A stretch of 64,000 nt of DNA, from positions 4,713,042-4,777,041 of the forward strand of contig JARFYF010000071.1 of assembly GCA_030265395.1 (NCBI GenBank), in the 5' to 3' direction. Below the pieces are notes generated by a model. It was not told the origin of the DNA, did not search any database, and saw only the letters and a list, made by a program, of their open reading frames with translations. The translations under genes and the position numbers were made by a program. This stretch comes from Rhina ancylostomus. Its lineage: Eukaryota. Of this stretch, positions 50,491-62,329 are shown in pieces. How positions within the stretch are numbered: the first letter of the stretch is position 1; each line of letters begins with the position of its first letter.

Positions 50491-53194
50491 TATACTTTGT
50501 GGTGTTGTGCAAAAGACAATAAGATGAATTGCTCCAGTTGCAATCTGTCGATGGTACATACTGCACCTAGAGTGCAGTAGCGGCGGAGAGAGCAACCATT
50601 CCGGTCACAGATGGGGTTCTAATCAAGCAGACTACTTGTCATATCAAGTTTATGAAATGTTCTTAGAGCTACACTCTTCCAGGCAAATGAAGGGTATTCC
50701 ATTACAATCCTGACATGTACCCTTTGGGCAGATGCTGATGTTCCTGTTGTACAGCTCAATCCTACAACAGCTAGCTGGTGCTACTGATAGTGTGCCTGCA
50801 TAAACCTATAAGAACATAAGAAGCAGGAATAACTGAGAGCTACATAATCCCTCAAGCATGCTTTGGCACTGAATAAGATCACGGCTGATCTTTTCTTTGC
50901 CCTCAACTCATTCCTGACTTATCCACATAACCACGGATTCCCCTTTAGTCCCACATCCAGATCTCAGCATTCCATATATTCCATTATTTATTCATGGCTC
51001 TTTGAACTCCAGATTCACAGCCCTCTAAGAGAAGAAATCTGTCCTCATCACATTCTTGAATGGTTGCCTCTTCTACTTGTGCAAGTTGGCAGTGTGTATA
51101 AATGAATAGGAACTCCTAAAGAAAGGAGAAAAGTAATTGAAAATGGTGAAATAAATTCAAGTGTATATAAACCGTCACCTGAGTAAATATTATTGCCAAG
51201 AAATTCATCACCAGTCAGTAGTGCTAAATAGCCCATAACGTAACAGCAGAGAGCTGTACTCTGCTGTGACTATGTAGGGCATTTAGCTCAACCAACCAGG
51301 AATGGAGTTCTATGCTTCAGGGAAACTCCTGCGGTTAATTAAAAATGTGAGCCCTCATCTCACATGAGGAATGCAGAAATGACCCTTGAATAATTCCAGC
51401 TCTATAATTCTTTAGGTGTCAGATCTGACTATGTCTAATATAATACATATGCATTTTTCCAGCGTCAACCCATAGGTTACCAAACATCTGATTTTTCTCA
51501 GTCTTAACACACATTAACTGGAAACAGATGATTACAAATCATTTCATTTTATATCTTCCATGCCCTTAACACTGCGGTTTTTAGAGCATTGCTCATTAAA
51601 CAGGATTTGTTGATCTCAGTTTGGACTTAGCTTAGGTCCCAATGCCTCTAGGGTAAAGAAGGGTGGTAAATTAGACATGGTTCCTGCTTCTGAGGCTGTC
51701 CAGTGACCTCTTTTGGGAAGTGCACATATGCAGATATCTTATTAAGCCAAGACCGGGCTTTGCCAATCACCCATTCACTCCCAGAAAGTCTGACTACTCA
51801 GGTTGCATAGGGAAGAGTCAGAGTCTGTGGAACAGTACTCTCCAAGAGAGGGTGTGGAGGGGGAAGCCGTTGAAGAAACCAAGACTACTACTACTACATC
51901 TTAATCAGTACTTAGGATTAATGATACCTCAAAGTAATTTTTTCCCAAGTTCTTCAAACTCCTGAGACTTCAAAATGTAAATTTTTGCCAATTTTATGGA
52001 AAATAAAGTAAACAAATTTCAGGTACATTTTAAAAGAACTGTCAAGATTTCAACCCCAACTCCTGTATTATTAAACACAGCCAGAAAGCTGTTCCTGCTC
52101 TGGACAATGAAAGGGAGCCTTAGCATACAGGATAGTATAACATATATAAATACCAGTATGCCAGATGTGCTGTGCTTTATATCACTGAGATGATCTGGCA
52201 ATTGTAGAAATATGAAGAAGCTATCCCACAGGCTCCAGTGTTTACAACCAATGCACCCATCTTATCAACAAGCAAGAAACAAGATGACTGGTTCAATACA
52301 ATGCTCACTATACAAGTTGTCTAATTATCAGATGTCTGCTTCCCAATTTATCTATGAATGTAGGTAGTAACTAACTACCAAGGATGTGCATGTGGGTACA
52401 GAATGGATTCTTGGGATGAAGGATTTCAGCATTCAAGACCAGTTACTGAGGATGCTTTTCTCGAAGCAAAGGAGATTGAGAGTAGGTTTAACAGATTGTG
52501 AAAACTTTAGATAGCATAAATAAAGAGGTGCTGTTGATGTTAATGAATGATTTGAGGAACAAGCAATCCAGATTCAAAGTAATGGCAAAAGGTAGAGGGA
52601 AATAGAAATAAAAACTTTGCCTAGAAGGGTGGTAGGGTCTGTTTTTAAAGCCTTCAAAAGGTACTTAGAAAGGTATTGGGGGAAATATTTTCCAAGGGTA
52701 CTGGTAACAGTCAGAGGAATGGGACAACTTTTCTACAAAAAGCTGGCCTGGACTCCTTGGATCAAATAGTACTGTACTGTGACAATTCTATAATTCTGAA
52801 CAAAGACAATAAAAAGATTCCAGGTTCAGCTGATGAAGAAGTCATAAACAGAGAGTTCCAATAACCTGATTACTTACATTGGAGCAAAGTCTGCTAAAAG
52901 GATGTGACAACAATGAAGGATTTTGATAGGTGAATTGTGAATATATTCTGCCTGGGGAGTGTCAGGGGTTCATCACTTTAAAACTGAGACAATGGCCATA
53001 AGAAATATCTTGATGTCAAAATTTCCTGAAGAATCTCCAGGGAAATGATGAAGCAGAGACCATACCACTAATGAATAATCTGAAGCAGAGGAAGTGCAGT
53101 GCTGGGGATAGATAATTGAGGATGGAGACAGACACAGTGGAGTGAAAAATTTCCTTTTACAGTAAAAGCTATTGTGACTCTTCAGCTTACTGTA

Positions 53195-53630
53195 TCAGTG
53201 TAGCTCAGTTGGAAGCACTCTCATCTCTGTTTAATGGCACCATATTCAAATCCCACTGCAGAGACCTGACCACAAAACTGCCAGCAGACATTTGGCACAG
53301 CTGAGGGGGCATCACTGTCAGAAGTCCCATCTATCGGGTGAGATATTAAACCAAGACTCTCTGCTCTCTCAGGTATACGTAAAAGATCCCATTGTTGCCA
53401 CCTTGCAGAGTTATCACCAATGAAGTGGCAAGTAATTAGTTACTAGCATTACTAAAACAGATGACCTGCTTATTGCTGTGATGTGCACAAATTGGCTGCA
53501 ACAATTCCATTACAGCAGAACCACCCTACATACTACGTTATATATTAAAGAGAGTCTTCATTGACTGAGAAGAATTCAGGGTTTTTTTTTATTAAAGATA
53601 TCACAGAAATGGAAGTCTTGATACATCAAG
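53195..53630 (+). mobile_element. Deu-domain SINE (SacSINE1/AmnSINE1-related), near full length and decayed
   Basis: tRNA head gtgtagctcagttggaagcactc...ttcaaatccc; Deu-like core cactgtcagaagtcccatctatcgggtgagatattaaaccaag...ctctcaggtatacgtaaaagatccca; gtgcacaaattggctgc; L2-like tail. Confidence 0.7.
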
Positions 53631-54939
53631 TATACACCATGTAACACAAAAAAATAATATTCTTTGGTGTCCCATTAAGGACAAGAAAAATGATTTGGCC
53701 TTGGGACAACTTTGACAGCTGTTTTATGAGGGAATTGTGGAGATCAGAAAAAGCTTGTCAATTTCAGGCCCAAGAGCATTTAAGCTTTAGGATTAAGTGA
53801 CCGACTTTCTTTGGCAGCCCACTAAAATTGATTTTTTTTATCAGAATGATATCTAGAGGATTACAGACAAAACACTGGTTAAGCACAGACTGAGTTCAAT
53901 ATGTTCAACATCCCGAATCAGTCAAGAGACTTGCACATTAAAAATTATTCTCCTTCGTTGGTGATGACTTTTAGTTACAGAAATGGGATAACATAAGAAG
54001 ACACTGCTACATCCTCAGCTGCTGCCCTGGGTGAGATTTGCAAACTTAGCATGGACCAAGAATTAAAACTAATCCCTTCTATTCTGCACCACCTAACACA
54101 GAGGATCAAAAGGAGCGCTTAGACCACGTTGCTAACATGGAACTAAACACATTCTGAAGCACTCGTTATGCAGGCTCATAATCCACTCAGCACAGCTAAA
54201 TTAAAACAAAAATCCACACTTTAAGAACCAAGTTTCAAAAAGCAGGACATTTGCTAATAATAGTTGTGGCACTGCTGATCAGCAGAGTCATCTAGAAGTG
54301 TATGCAGGTAGAATTTAAATTAGGTTTGTTGTCACACGCTTTAATTTAACTGCAGTGAAGGTTTAAGGTCAGTTCGAACTTAGAAGACCACCCCCAAACT
54401 TGTTGTCTTGCATCAGAATGTCTGGGTCAGGACAAGGTCAGCACATCTGCCCCACCAAATATGTGCAAGAGTTTGAAGCTCTTGACCCAAATTCTCCAGA
54501 GTCTCAGCAAGTATTTTCAGAAGGCTGCAATGTCGGCAGACAGTAAATTAACTTTTCAGAAGTGAGTTTTAAGCAATTCAACATCAAAGTGTTTCCTTTT
54601 CAGTGGACTCTCCTTGTCAAAAGATAAAGACGCCCAAGCTTGGACTCTGAGCTGCATGCCAGCAACAATAATAAATATTTTACTCATCATCCAATAAATT
54701 ATTAACTCAACATACCATACCACCAAGAACTGCTGCCTTGAAATTGTCTATAAAACTTCTTTATGGAAAAGGTTGGAGGCAGCCTCAATCCAATGTTTTT
54801 TGTCAGTACAAAACACTTCTCTTGCTGTGATAATCTCACTCAGTAAGGGCACAGGAAGGCTGGTATGAAAACAGAAAAATAACACAGATTGAAGACAGGA
54901 GGTTCTTTTGAAGTTATGAATGTGCACTAATTTTTTTTT

Positions 54940-55121
54940 GAGGGAGCTTTACGCATTATCTAAGTTGCACTGTGCCTCTGTGGCACTACGTAATGGGATG
55001 GTGTAGTATACTCAGTATACTACAGGATGGTGTAGTAGTGTACTCAGTATCTAACCCCTGCTGAACCTGGCTAAGATTAGTTGATAGGACAGCGTAAAGG
55101 ATGCTTTACTTTGTATCCAAC
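54940..55121 (+). repeat. Degenerate tandem repeat (about 65-70 bp unit, 2-3 copies) with a small internal duplication
   Basis: gggagctttacgcattatctaa / tactcagtatctaacc / ggatgctttactttgtatccaac; ggatggtgtagta occurs twice. Confidence 0.55.
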
Positions 55122-55286
55122 AGGGAAACCTGGGCATGGACATATCCTCCAAAGCGGGACAGTCAGCTCAAACTTCCTGAAGGCCAACTGCCTGGACCTG
55201 TTATCAGCAATCTTGGCCAGGCCTGGGAGCAGACCAATGAGGAGGTCTACACTTAGGCCTGGTGAAGATGATACCTCAAGATGAGG

Positions 55287-56995
55287 CCATTTCTAACAAC
55301 TCCCTCCCTTTTCTGGATTTCTCTGTCTCCATCTCAGTAGTCAAACTATCTCCTGACATTTACTATAAACCCACTGACTCTCACAGCTATCTTGACTACA
55401 CCTCCTCCCACCAAGTTTCTTGTAAAGATACCATCCCTTTTTCTCAGTTTCTCCATCTCTGCCACTTCTGTTCTCAAGTTGAGGCTTTCTTCTCCAGAAC
55501 ATCTGAAATGTCCTCCTTTTTCAGGAAGCGTGGCTTCCCCTCTACTGTGGTTGATGGAGTCTTCACTCGCATTGGCTCCATTTCCCAAAGTTCTGCTCTT
55601 CTCAACTCCCCTCCCCCCCCCCACCAAAACAGCAGAGAGATAGGGTTTCCTTGGTCCGCACCTTTCACCATACCAACCTTCACTTCCAGCATATCATCCT
55701 CTGTCATTTACGCCAGCTGCCACAGGATCCCATCACCAGTCACATCTTCCCCTCTCATCTCTTCCTGCTTTCTGCAGCAACCACTCCTTCCATNNNNNNN
55801 NNNNNNNNNNNNNNNNNNNNNNNNNNNNNNNNNNNNNNNNNNNNNNNNNNNNNNNNNNNNNNNNNNNNNNNNNNNNNNNNNNNNNNNNNNNNNAGCAACC
55901 ACTCCTTCCATGATTCCCTGGTTCACTCATCCCTACACAATCATCCCCGTCCCCTGGCACTTTCCCGTACAACCATAGGAGGTCCAACACTTATCCCTAC
56001 AGCTCTTCCCTCACCATCATCTGGAGATCCAAACAGCCTTTACAGGTCACACAAAAATTCACATGCACCTTCTCCGAGCTCATCTACTGCATTCAGTGCT
56101 CTCAATATGGGGTCCTCTACATCAGCACAGCACGAGGCAACCGTCTTGCAGAACATCTACATTCTGTCCGCAATGTTCACGCCAGCCTCCCCACTGCAGG
56201 AACTCATACATCAGGCTGCTGTTCATCAACTACAGCTCAGCGTTCAACACAATCATCCCATCCAAATTAATCATCAAGCTTCAAGACTTTCAAATCTCCT
56301 TCGCATTCCTACAATGACGTGTCGGTCCTCAGCATTCTCCACTGCCAGGGTGAGATCAAACACAAACTAGAAGAACAGCACCTCATATTCCACCCAAGTA
56401 GTAGTCTACAACACATTGATGTGAATATTGAATTTTCCAATTTCAGGTAACCCACATTCTCTTCTCTCACCTTCTGGTTTCCCATCCCCTCCTCCTGTCA
56501 CCTAGTTTCATAACCCTCCCCCACCTAGTTCCATCTGCCTATGGCCCACAAGCTACATTTTATGGTTCTCCCATCCCCTCCCCCACCTGATTTCATCTGT
56601 CCATCATGCCTCCCTCATCCGGCTCCACGTATCACAGGACAGTATCTATAGAGTCTTGTTTCCACATCAACTTCCAGGCCCTGTCTCTATCTCTACCCTT
56701 CCCTCACCCCACCTTGCTCCATCTGCCCCCTTATCTATCCCTACCTATCACCCACCAGCCCATCTCCTGAATCCACCCCTCCTGGCAGAGTGCCCATCAT
56801 CTCCCTCCTCACCAAGATCTACCCATCACCTGCCAGCCCCTGCCTCACGCCTCCATCTCACTTTTTTGTATTAGCTACCTCCCATCTACACTCTCGGTCG
56901 CGATGCAGGGTGTCAACCTGAAATGTCCACTCTCCCTCTACCTCCACAGATGCTGCCCAACCTACAGAGTTTCTCCAGCAATTTGTTTTTTTGCT
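55287..56995 (+). mobile_element. Penelope-like retroelement, 5'-truncated: RT C-terminus, GIY-YIG endonuclease, pyrimidine-rich 3' region and hammerhead-like terminal repeat
   Basis: SLPFLDFSVSI...DIYYKPTDSHSYLDYTSSHQVSCKDTIPFSQFLHLCHFCS; KFTCTFSELIYCIQCSQYGVLYIS (GIY-YIG); LEEQHLIF...NIEFSNFR* (stop 56448-56450); frameshifted; terminal motif at 56895-56995. Confidence 0.9.
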
Positions 56996-59339
56996 GCATA
57001 ATCCACTTCCTTGGCTTGTACCTTTCACAACGTGAGCAGAAAATTGACACAGTTTTTTAAAATCAAAATGAGAACAATTCATATTACATCCTCAAAGAAG
57101 AGTACTACATGTTTTGACCACTTCTATCACTATGGCCAAGGCATCACACAGTAATACTAAACCATTACAAAGGTTTATCTGGTCAAATCACCATCCACGC
57201 ACTTTCTTTAGGAATTTTTGAACATCATGCAAAATAATCAAATCAAAATCATTTCCAAGCTTCAAGTTCTCTGCAATTACAAGTATTTTTTTAAGTAAAA
57301 TTCTTAATCATTTTAATCCATCTGTTGTTTTGTGCCAAAATTCTTCAAAGCCTCAGGCATCAACCTGACAAGGGAACAGGTTACCCACAGCCTTTACAGC
57401 TGGAGGTAGAGTGACCATAGATTCAACAGTGGTTCAAACACTTCTTTTTATCATCCCAATCCAATTTTCACAACCAGATTCAAATTTTCTTCACCGTGCA
57501 TTGGACTGTTATAATCATTGTGAAACACCTCTCCTGTAAAAAAAACACACTCACCTGAAATAATATTTTGAGCAATTAACTCCTTAACAGCCATCATATT
57601 AACTTAAATGTAATATTGATGTGAATCAGACTTACTGTGTCAACTGAATATCACTGTAATAGCCTCCTGGCATGAATGATACCTTAAATTTAATAGTTAT
57701 GAAAATCTGGCTTAGTTGATAATAAACAGCTTCTGGCCACTGAGAAAAAATATCTCTATGTTAGTATGGCTGTATCTGAATAATAATTTGCCTTCTATCT
57801 TAGATATTTTTCAAGGCAACTGAATTTTGCAATTCAGGAACTCAATTCATTCAGGTTAATCTTGTTTAGAGAAATGGGTAAAGCTATTCAAACTGCTGAA
57901 TTAATACAATTGAATGACAGATGTCCAAAACTATGGAGAGAGAATTGCAATGAAGCTCTTNNNNNNNNNNNNNNNNNNNNNNNNNNNNNNNNNNNAACTT
58001 CACTTTTCCTGAAGCGAATGCACTCGAATTTTTGCTTGTGCCATCTGCAGAGTGTACTGGTAATTTGATTTCAATGTAAATCCATAGGCTCCAAACAAGG
58101 CAGGCAATCCACTCTGCCAGATCACTGCTCATAAGATAAAGAATAAAGATTTCTTCACTGTTTCATAAATTTTGTTGCATAGATTAGAATGATTAAGAGC
58201 TGAAATTAAGAAAAAGATAGCTTGCTCTTTAGCTGGTCCAGCCTAAACTGTTCAAATTTCAACTCATCTTTAATATCAAAAGTAAACAAGATAAATGTTA
58301 TAATCATCTCCCAACACCCTTATTACTTGACTCCTTCCAAGTGAACGGAGCACAATCAATGGCTGATCTTCAGCCACCTCTTTCATGCTAGCAGCCAAAA
58401 CGATAGAATATCTAATGTTAAAACTGTGTCAGCCAATAAGCAGGAGACGGGGAAGGGTATCTACCTTGGCTCAAGGCAGACAGACAATAGTAAAGAGCAG
58501 AAGGAATAGATCTAGGAGAAACCAAAGTTACTTTCCTCTGTGAATTAATGTTAATTTCTCCAGAAAAAGACAGTGAGTGGAGGATAGTTGCACATAAATT
58601 ATATGTATGAGGTTATTTACAGCAGTCTTCAACGTAAGGCTTGACCTACAAAGTAAATTGCCAAATGACCTCCATTCTGAATACAGTACAATTCCTGAAC
58701 CTGTACTTTTACTTTCTCTCAGAAAAGGCAGGTTCAAGGTTTTTTATCTTGAGGAAGGGAAACAGGGTCAGGGTCCCTGCTGCTAATCATTATTCTACAA
58801 CTCCAGATGGAAACTGACTTAATATAAGCAAGAAAGATCAAACTTGTCTAACACCCATGCAGCTGAAGTGCTGCCAAAGCACCAGTCAAGATTCATGTAA
58901 CAATAATAGCCCCTCAGGTTGGGTACTCTAAGAATCAATACCTTTGGAAAAGGAGGGGACAGATCTGACAAGATAAACAAGTTCTAAAATGACTGATTTA
59001 TGGACGAAACTGGAAGCAGGAATTTCCTTGGTATTTCTCACAATCAGCTATTATAACGTTTGCAGAAGATAAATGGACTAGGTATACTGTGCAGTTTCAC
59101 CGTTGCATGCTCCCAAACAAAAGAATAAGGAGGAATTTCCCAGTATGGACAACTTCAGAGATAATTTGTCTAAATATTCCAATGTTCTGTCCATGGACAG
59201 GATGCCCTGGTCATTTGAAGACAAAGAATGAAAATATTCTTCAACCAGCACTTCATCTTTTAACTATACCAATACAATAATGAGGTCAAGTGCCATATGG
59301 CAACTCTAAGTGCTATTTAATGGAGGTACAGATTACAAT

Positions 59340-59640
59340 AACACAGTGATGAAGTTACTGCACATAGTCATGGGCCTAGACTACTCATCTGGAGGCAGGA
59401 GTCCACACCCCACGAGAAGAGCTGGGGAATTTAAATTCCAAGTAATTAGATAAATGGGGATTAAAAGGCTAACGGGGGCCACAAAACTACCCGATTTTGA
59501 TATGGATCCATCTGGTTTGTTATGTGTGACTCCAGGCCCACCAACTTATTTACATATAGATACCCTCTAAAATTGCTTGGCAAACCACAGCTTGGAAGCA
59601 TGTCAGGATGCTGGCCAAGCTAGTGATGCCTACACTCAGA
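59340..59640 (+). mobile_element. tRNA-derived SINE (40825 family)
   Basis: agctggggaatttaaattc...gtgtgactccaggcccacc...gatgctggccaagctagtgatgcc. Confidence 0.55.
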
Positions 59641-60037
59641 ATAAACATGAATTTGGCATATAAATATGTGTAAAAGTATGTATTATCATTACAGCAGGAA
59701 AGGAATCCTATCTGAAGAAAGAAATAATTTTGAAATTAGGTTTATTAAAACCACACAAGGAGGTGGGTTTAATGTTTCCAACAATGCTTTGTAAATTACA
59801 AGATGTAACCTAGCAGCTGCTAAGAAACAGCCTATTCATTTAGTAATCACAGACAATCCCACAGGAGATCCTCTCATGCATTAAAAAAAAGATTCATTAC
59901 AAACAAATCCACTTTTAAAGTTGTTGGAAAGATTGCCATTTGCTCTAAATGGACACTCAATTTGTAAACTTGTCCCATTTCTTTCCTTTGGCATTAGTTA
60001 CAAAACTAACGCCAAATAAAATTATTTAATCCACTTG

Positions 60038-60245
60038 GAGACACAAGCAACTACAGATGCTGGAATCAGGAGCAAAAACCTAACATTTCCCAATTCTTGC
60101 TCCACCCATTCCCCTTACCTGTTTTTACTGGCCATGTCCCCTCTACTCTTCCAGTCCAGATAAAGGATTTTGACCCAAAACATCAACTGTCCATTTCCCT
60201 CTAGAGATGCTGCTGAGTTCCTCTACTGGTTTAGTTTTTTTGCTT
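60038..60245 (+). mobile_element. Short PLE derivative: inverted terminal piece plus hammerhead-like terminal repeat
   Basis: 60038-60078 is the reverse complement of the PLE 3' terminus; 60152-60189 reads CAGTC-CaGATaA-A-GGAT-TTTG-ACCC-aAAAC-aTC-aACTG. Confidence 0.7.
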
Positions 60246-61221
60246 CATAAGCCACTTCCTTGGCTTGATCAGTCCTATATTTAAATCATTACTTTAACTT
60301 TCTCAACCTGAAATCATTGTATGGTACGTCACCAGCATTAAACAAGGTGAATGCAAAAGATAAATACACTGTAGACTCTGTTACCAATACTTTTTAAATT
60401 TGCATATGGTATAATGTTATTCCCAGCCATGGTGAGGATAATTGGGTAATACCCCTGTATATTTTATGTACACAATTTCTTTGAAACTGTTGTTCACTCA
60501 CTGCATTTCGCTTTATAATTTTTCTGCTATTATTGGGAGAAGTTGCTGTGATCTCAAGTCCTGTTTCTTCTGTTCATTTAGTGACACTGTTTTCTGAGAA
60601 ACTGACTGCATTTGTTGTATGAATGACCATTTACTGTGAGGCCAAACATATGCCTGGTCCACATCCACCTCACTAGTTAATGCTTGATTTTATTAAAAAA
60701 ACTAGAAATTAGGTACTTTCAGACCTAACCACATGCATAGTGGCCATGAGAATAGGTATTAACATCCAAAACCACATCAATTACACAGATCCATGCACTG
60801 AATCCACTAACAGTCCATTATAAAGATACCATCTACAATTAAGCNNNNNNNNNNNNNNNNNNNNNNNNNNNNNNNNNNNNNNNNNNNNNNNNNNNNNNNN
60901 NNNNNNNNNNNNNNNNNNNNNNNNNNNNNNNNNNNNNNNNNNNNNNNNNNNNNNNNNNNNNNNNNNNNNNNNNNNNNNNNNNNNNNNNNNNNNNNNNNNN
61001 NNNNNNNNNNNNNNNNNNNNNNNNNNNNNNNNNNNNNNNNNNNNNNNNNNNNNNNNNNNNNNNNNNNNNNNNNNNNNNNNNNNNNNNNNNNNNNNNNNNN
61101 NNNNNNNNNNNNNNNNNNNNNNNNNNNNNNNNNNNNNNNNNNNNNNNNNNNNNNNNNNNNNNNNNNNNNNNNNNNNNNNNNNNNNNNNNNNNNNNNNNNN
61201 NNNNNNNNNNNNNNNNNNNNN

Positions 61222-61267
<46 letters not shown>
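61222..61267 (+). repeat. (GA)n microsatellite running into a gap
   Basis: Perfect GA dinucleotide run of about 23 units. Confidence 0.98.
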
Positions 61268-61269
<2 letters not shown>

Positions 61270-61904
61270 CTAGCGATGGGGGGTGCAGATAAGCAGAGAC
61301 TGAAACAAAGAGAGGCAGAGAGAAAGAGAAGGGAAAGGAATGATTCAGAGAGGCACTGGACACACATTCCTTTTTTCAAGAGCCAAGTTAGCACATGCCA
61401 CAAACTGTCAGCTCAGTTATCCAATATCTGTGTACAACTGTGATAAACTTCTACTTCCATTCATTTGAAGTTCAGCACGCCTTTTCTTACTATATCTATA
61501 CCATTGCTTCGTACCCAAAGGACATTGCTGGAACCAGAACTACAGATGAAACAAGCTCACCATGTACTGCTAATTGTTTCTTAATGGACTTGCATTGAGT
61601 GCCTGTTGTAAATAAATGGGTCAATATTTTATAACAAACAGGTTCAATTTTCTGCTACCTTTGTCTACCTAGCTTAGCAACTGAGGTTGTCACAGTTTCT
61701 CAACCCAAACTTTTCATTCCTNNNNNNNNNNNNNNNNNNNNNNNNNNNNNNNNNNNNNNNNNNNNNNNNNNNNNNNNNNNNNNNNNNNNNNNNNNNNNNN
61801 NNNNNNNNNNNNNNNNNNNNNCTTTGGGCTCCAAAATATTTCAGGAAGCCAAGAGGTTTGGCCATCTGTCATTGTACATATTTGTATATTTGCCTGCACA
61901 TAAT

Positions 61905-62110
61905 TCAATAACAGCTTGGATTTATATAGCAGTATAACATAGCAAAACATTCCAAGGTGTTTTGTTCAAAAGAGTAGTCAAACAAAATGTAACACTTGAA
62001 GAGATATGAGGGCAGGTGACCAAGACAAGATCTATCTGAAGAGTGTCTTAAAGGAGAAAAGGCAGAGAGATTTCTGGAAGGAAGTCCATAGTATTGAGCT
62101 CAAGCAAATG
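61905..62110 (-). mobile_element. L2 LINE 3' end
   Basis: Reverse L2 tail cttggatttatatagc...aaaacattccaaggtgttt and gagtgtcttaaaggag (minus SFKTL). Confidence 0.6.
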
Positions 62111-62329
62111 TATCACTTAATGGTTCCATCACAGATGGAGGCCATTCAGCTCATTGTGTCTGTACGATATGTAAAAGCAACCCAGTTTAGTCCCACATTC
62201 ATCCCAGAGCTCTGTAAATTGAATTATAAAGAACATAAAATATACATAATTTCCAAATTAAGGCAAAACAATACAGATACAGACTGGCAAATGCAAGTTC
62301 ATACACATGTAATATTCTGAGCTTCTGAC

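Noticed and set aside
55262-56370. 238-aa and 239-aa ORFs as host genes
   Set aside because: Frameshifted Penelope ORF pieces read through an N-gap.
60807-61403. 198-aa and 174-aa ORFs with SLSLSL repeats
   Set aside because: Made of a (TC)n microsatellite and 377 Ns.
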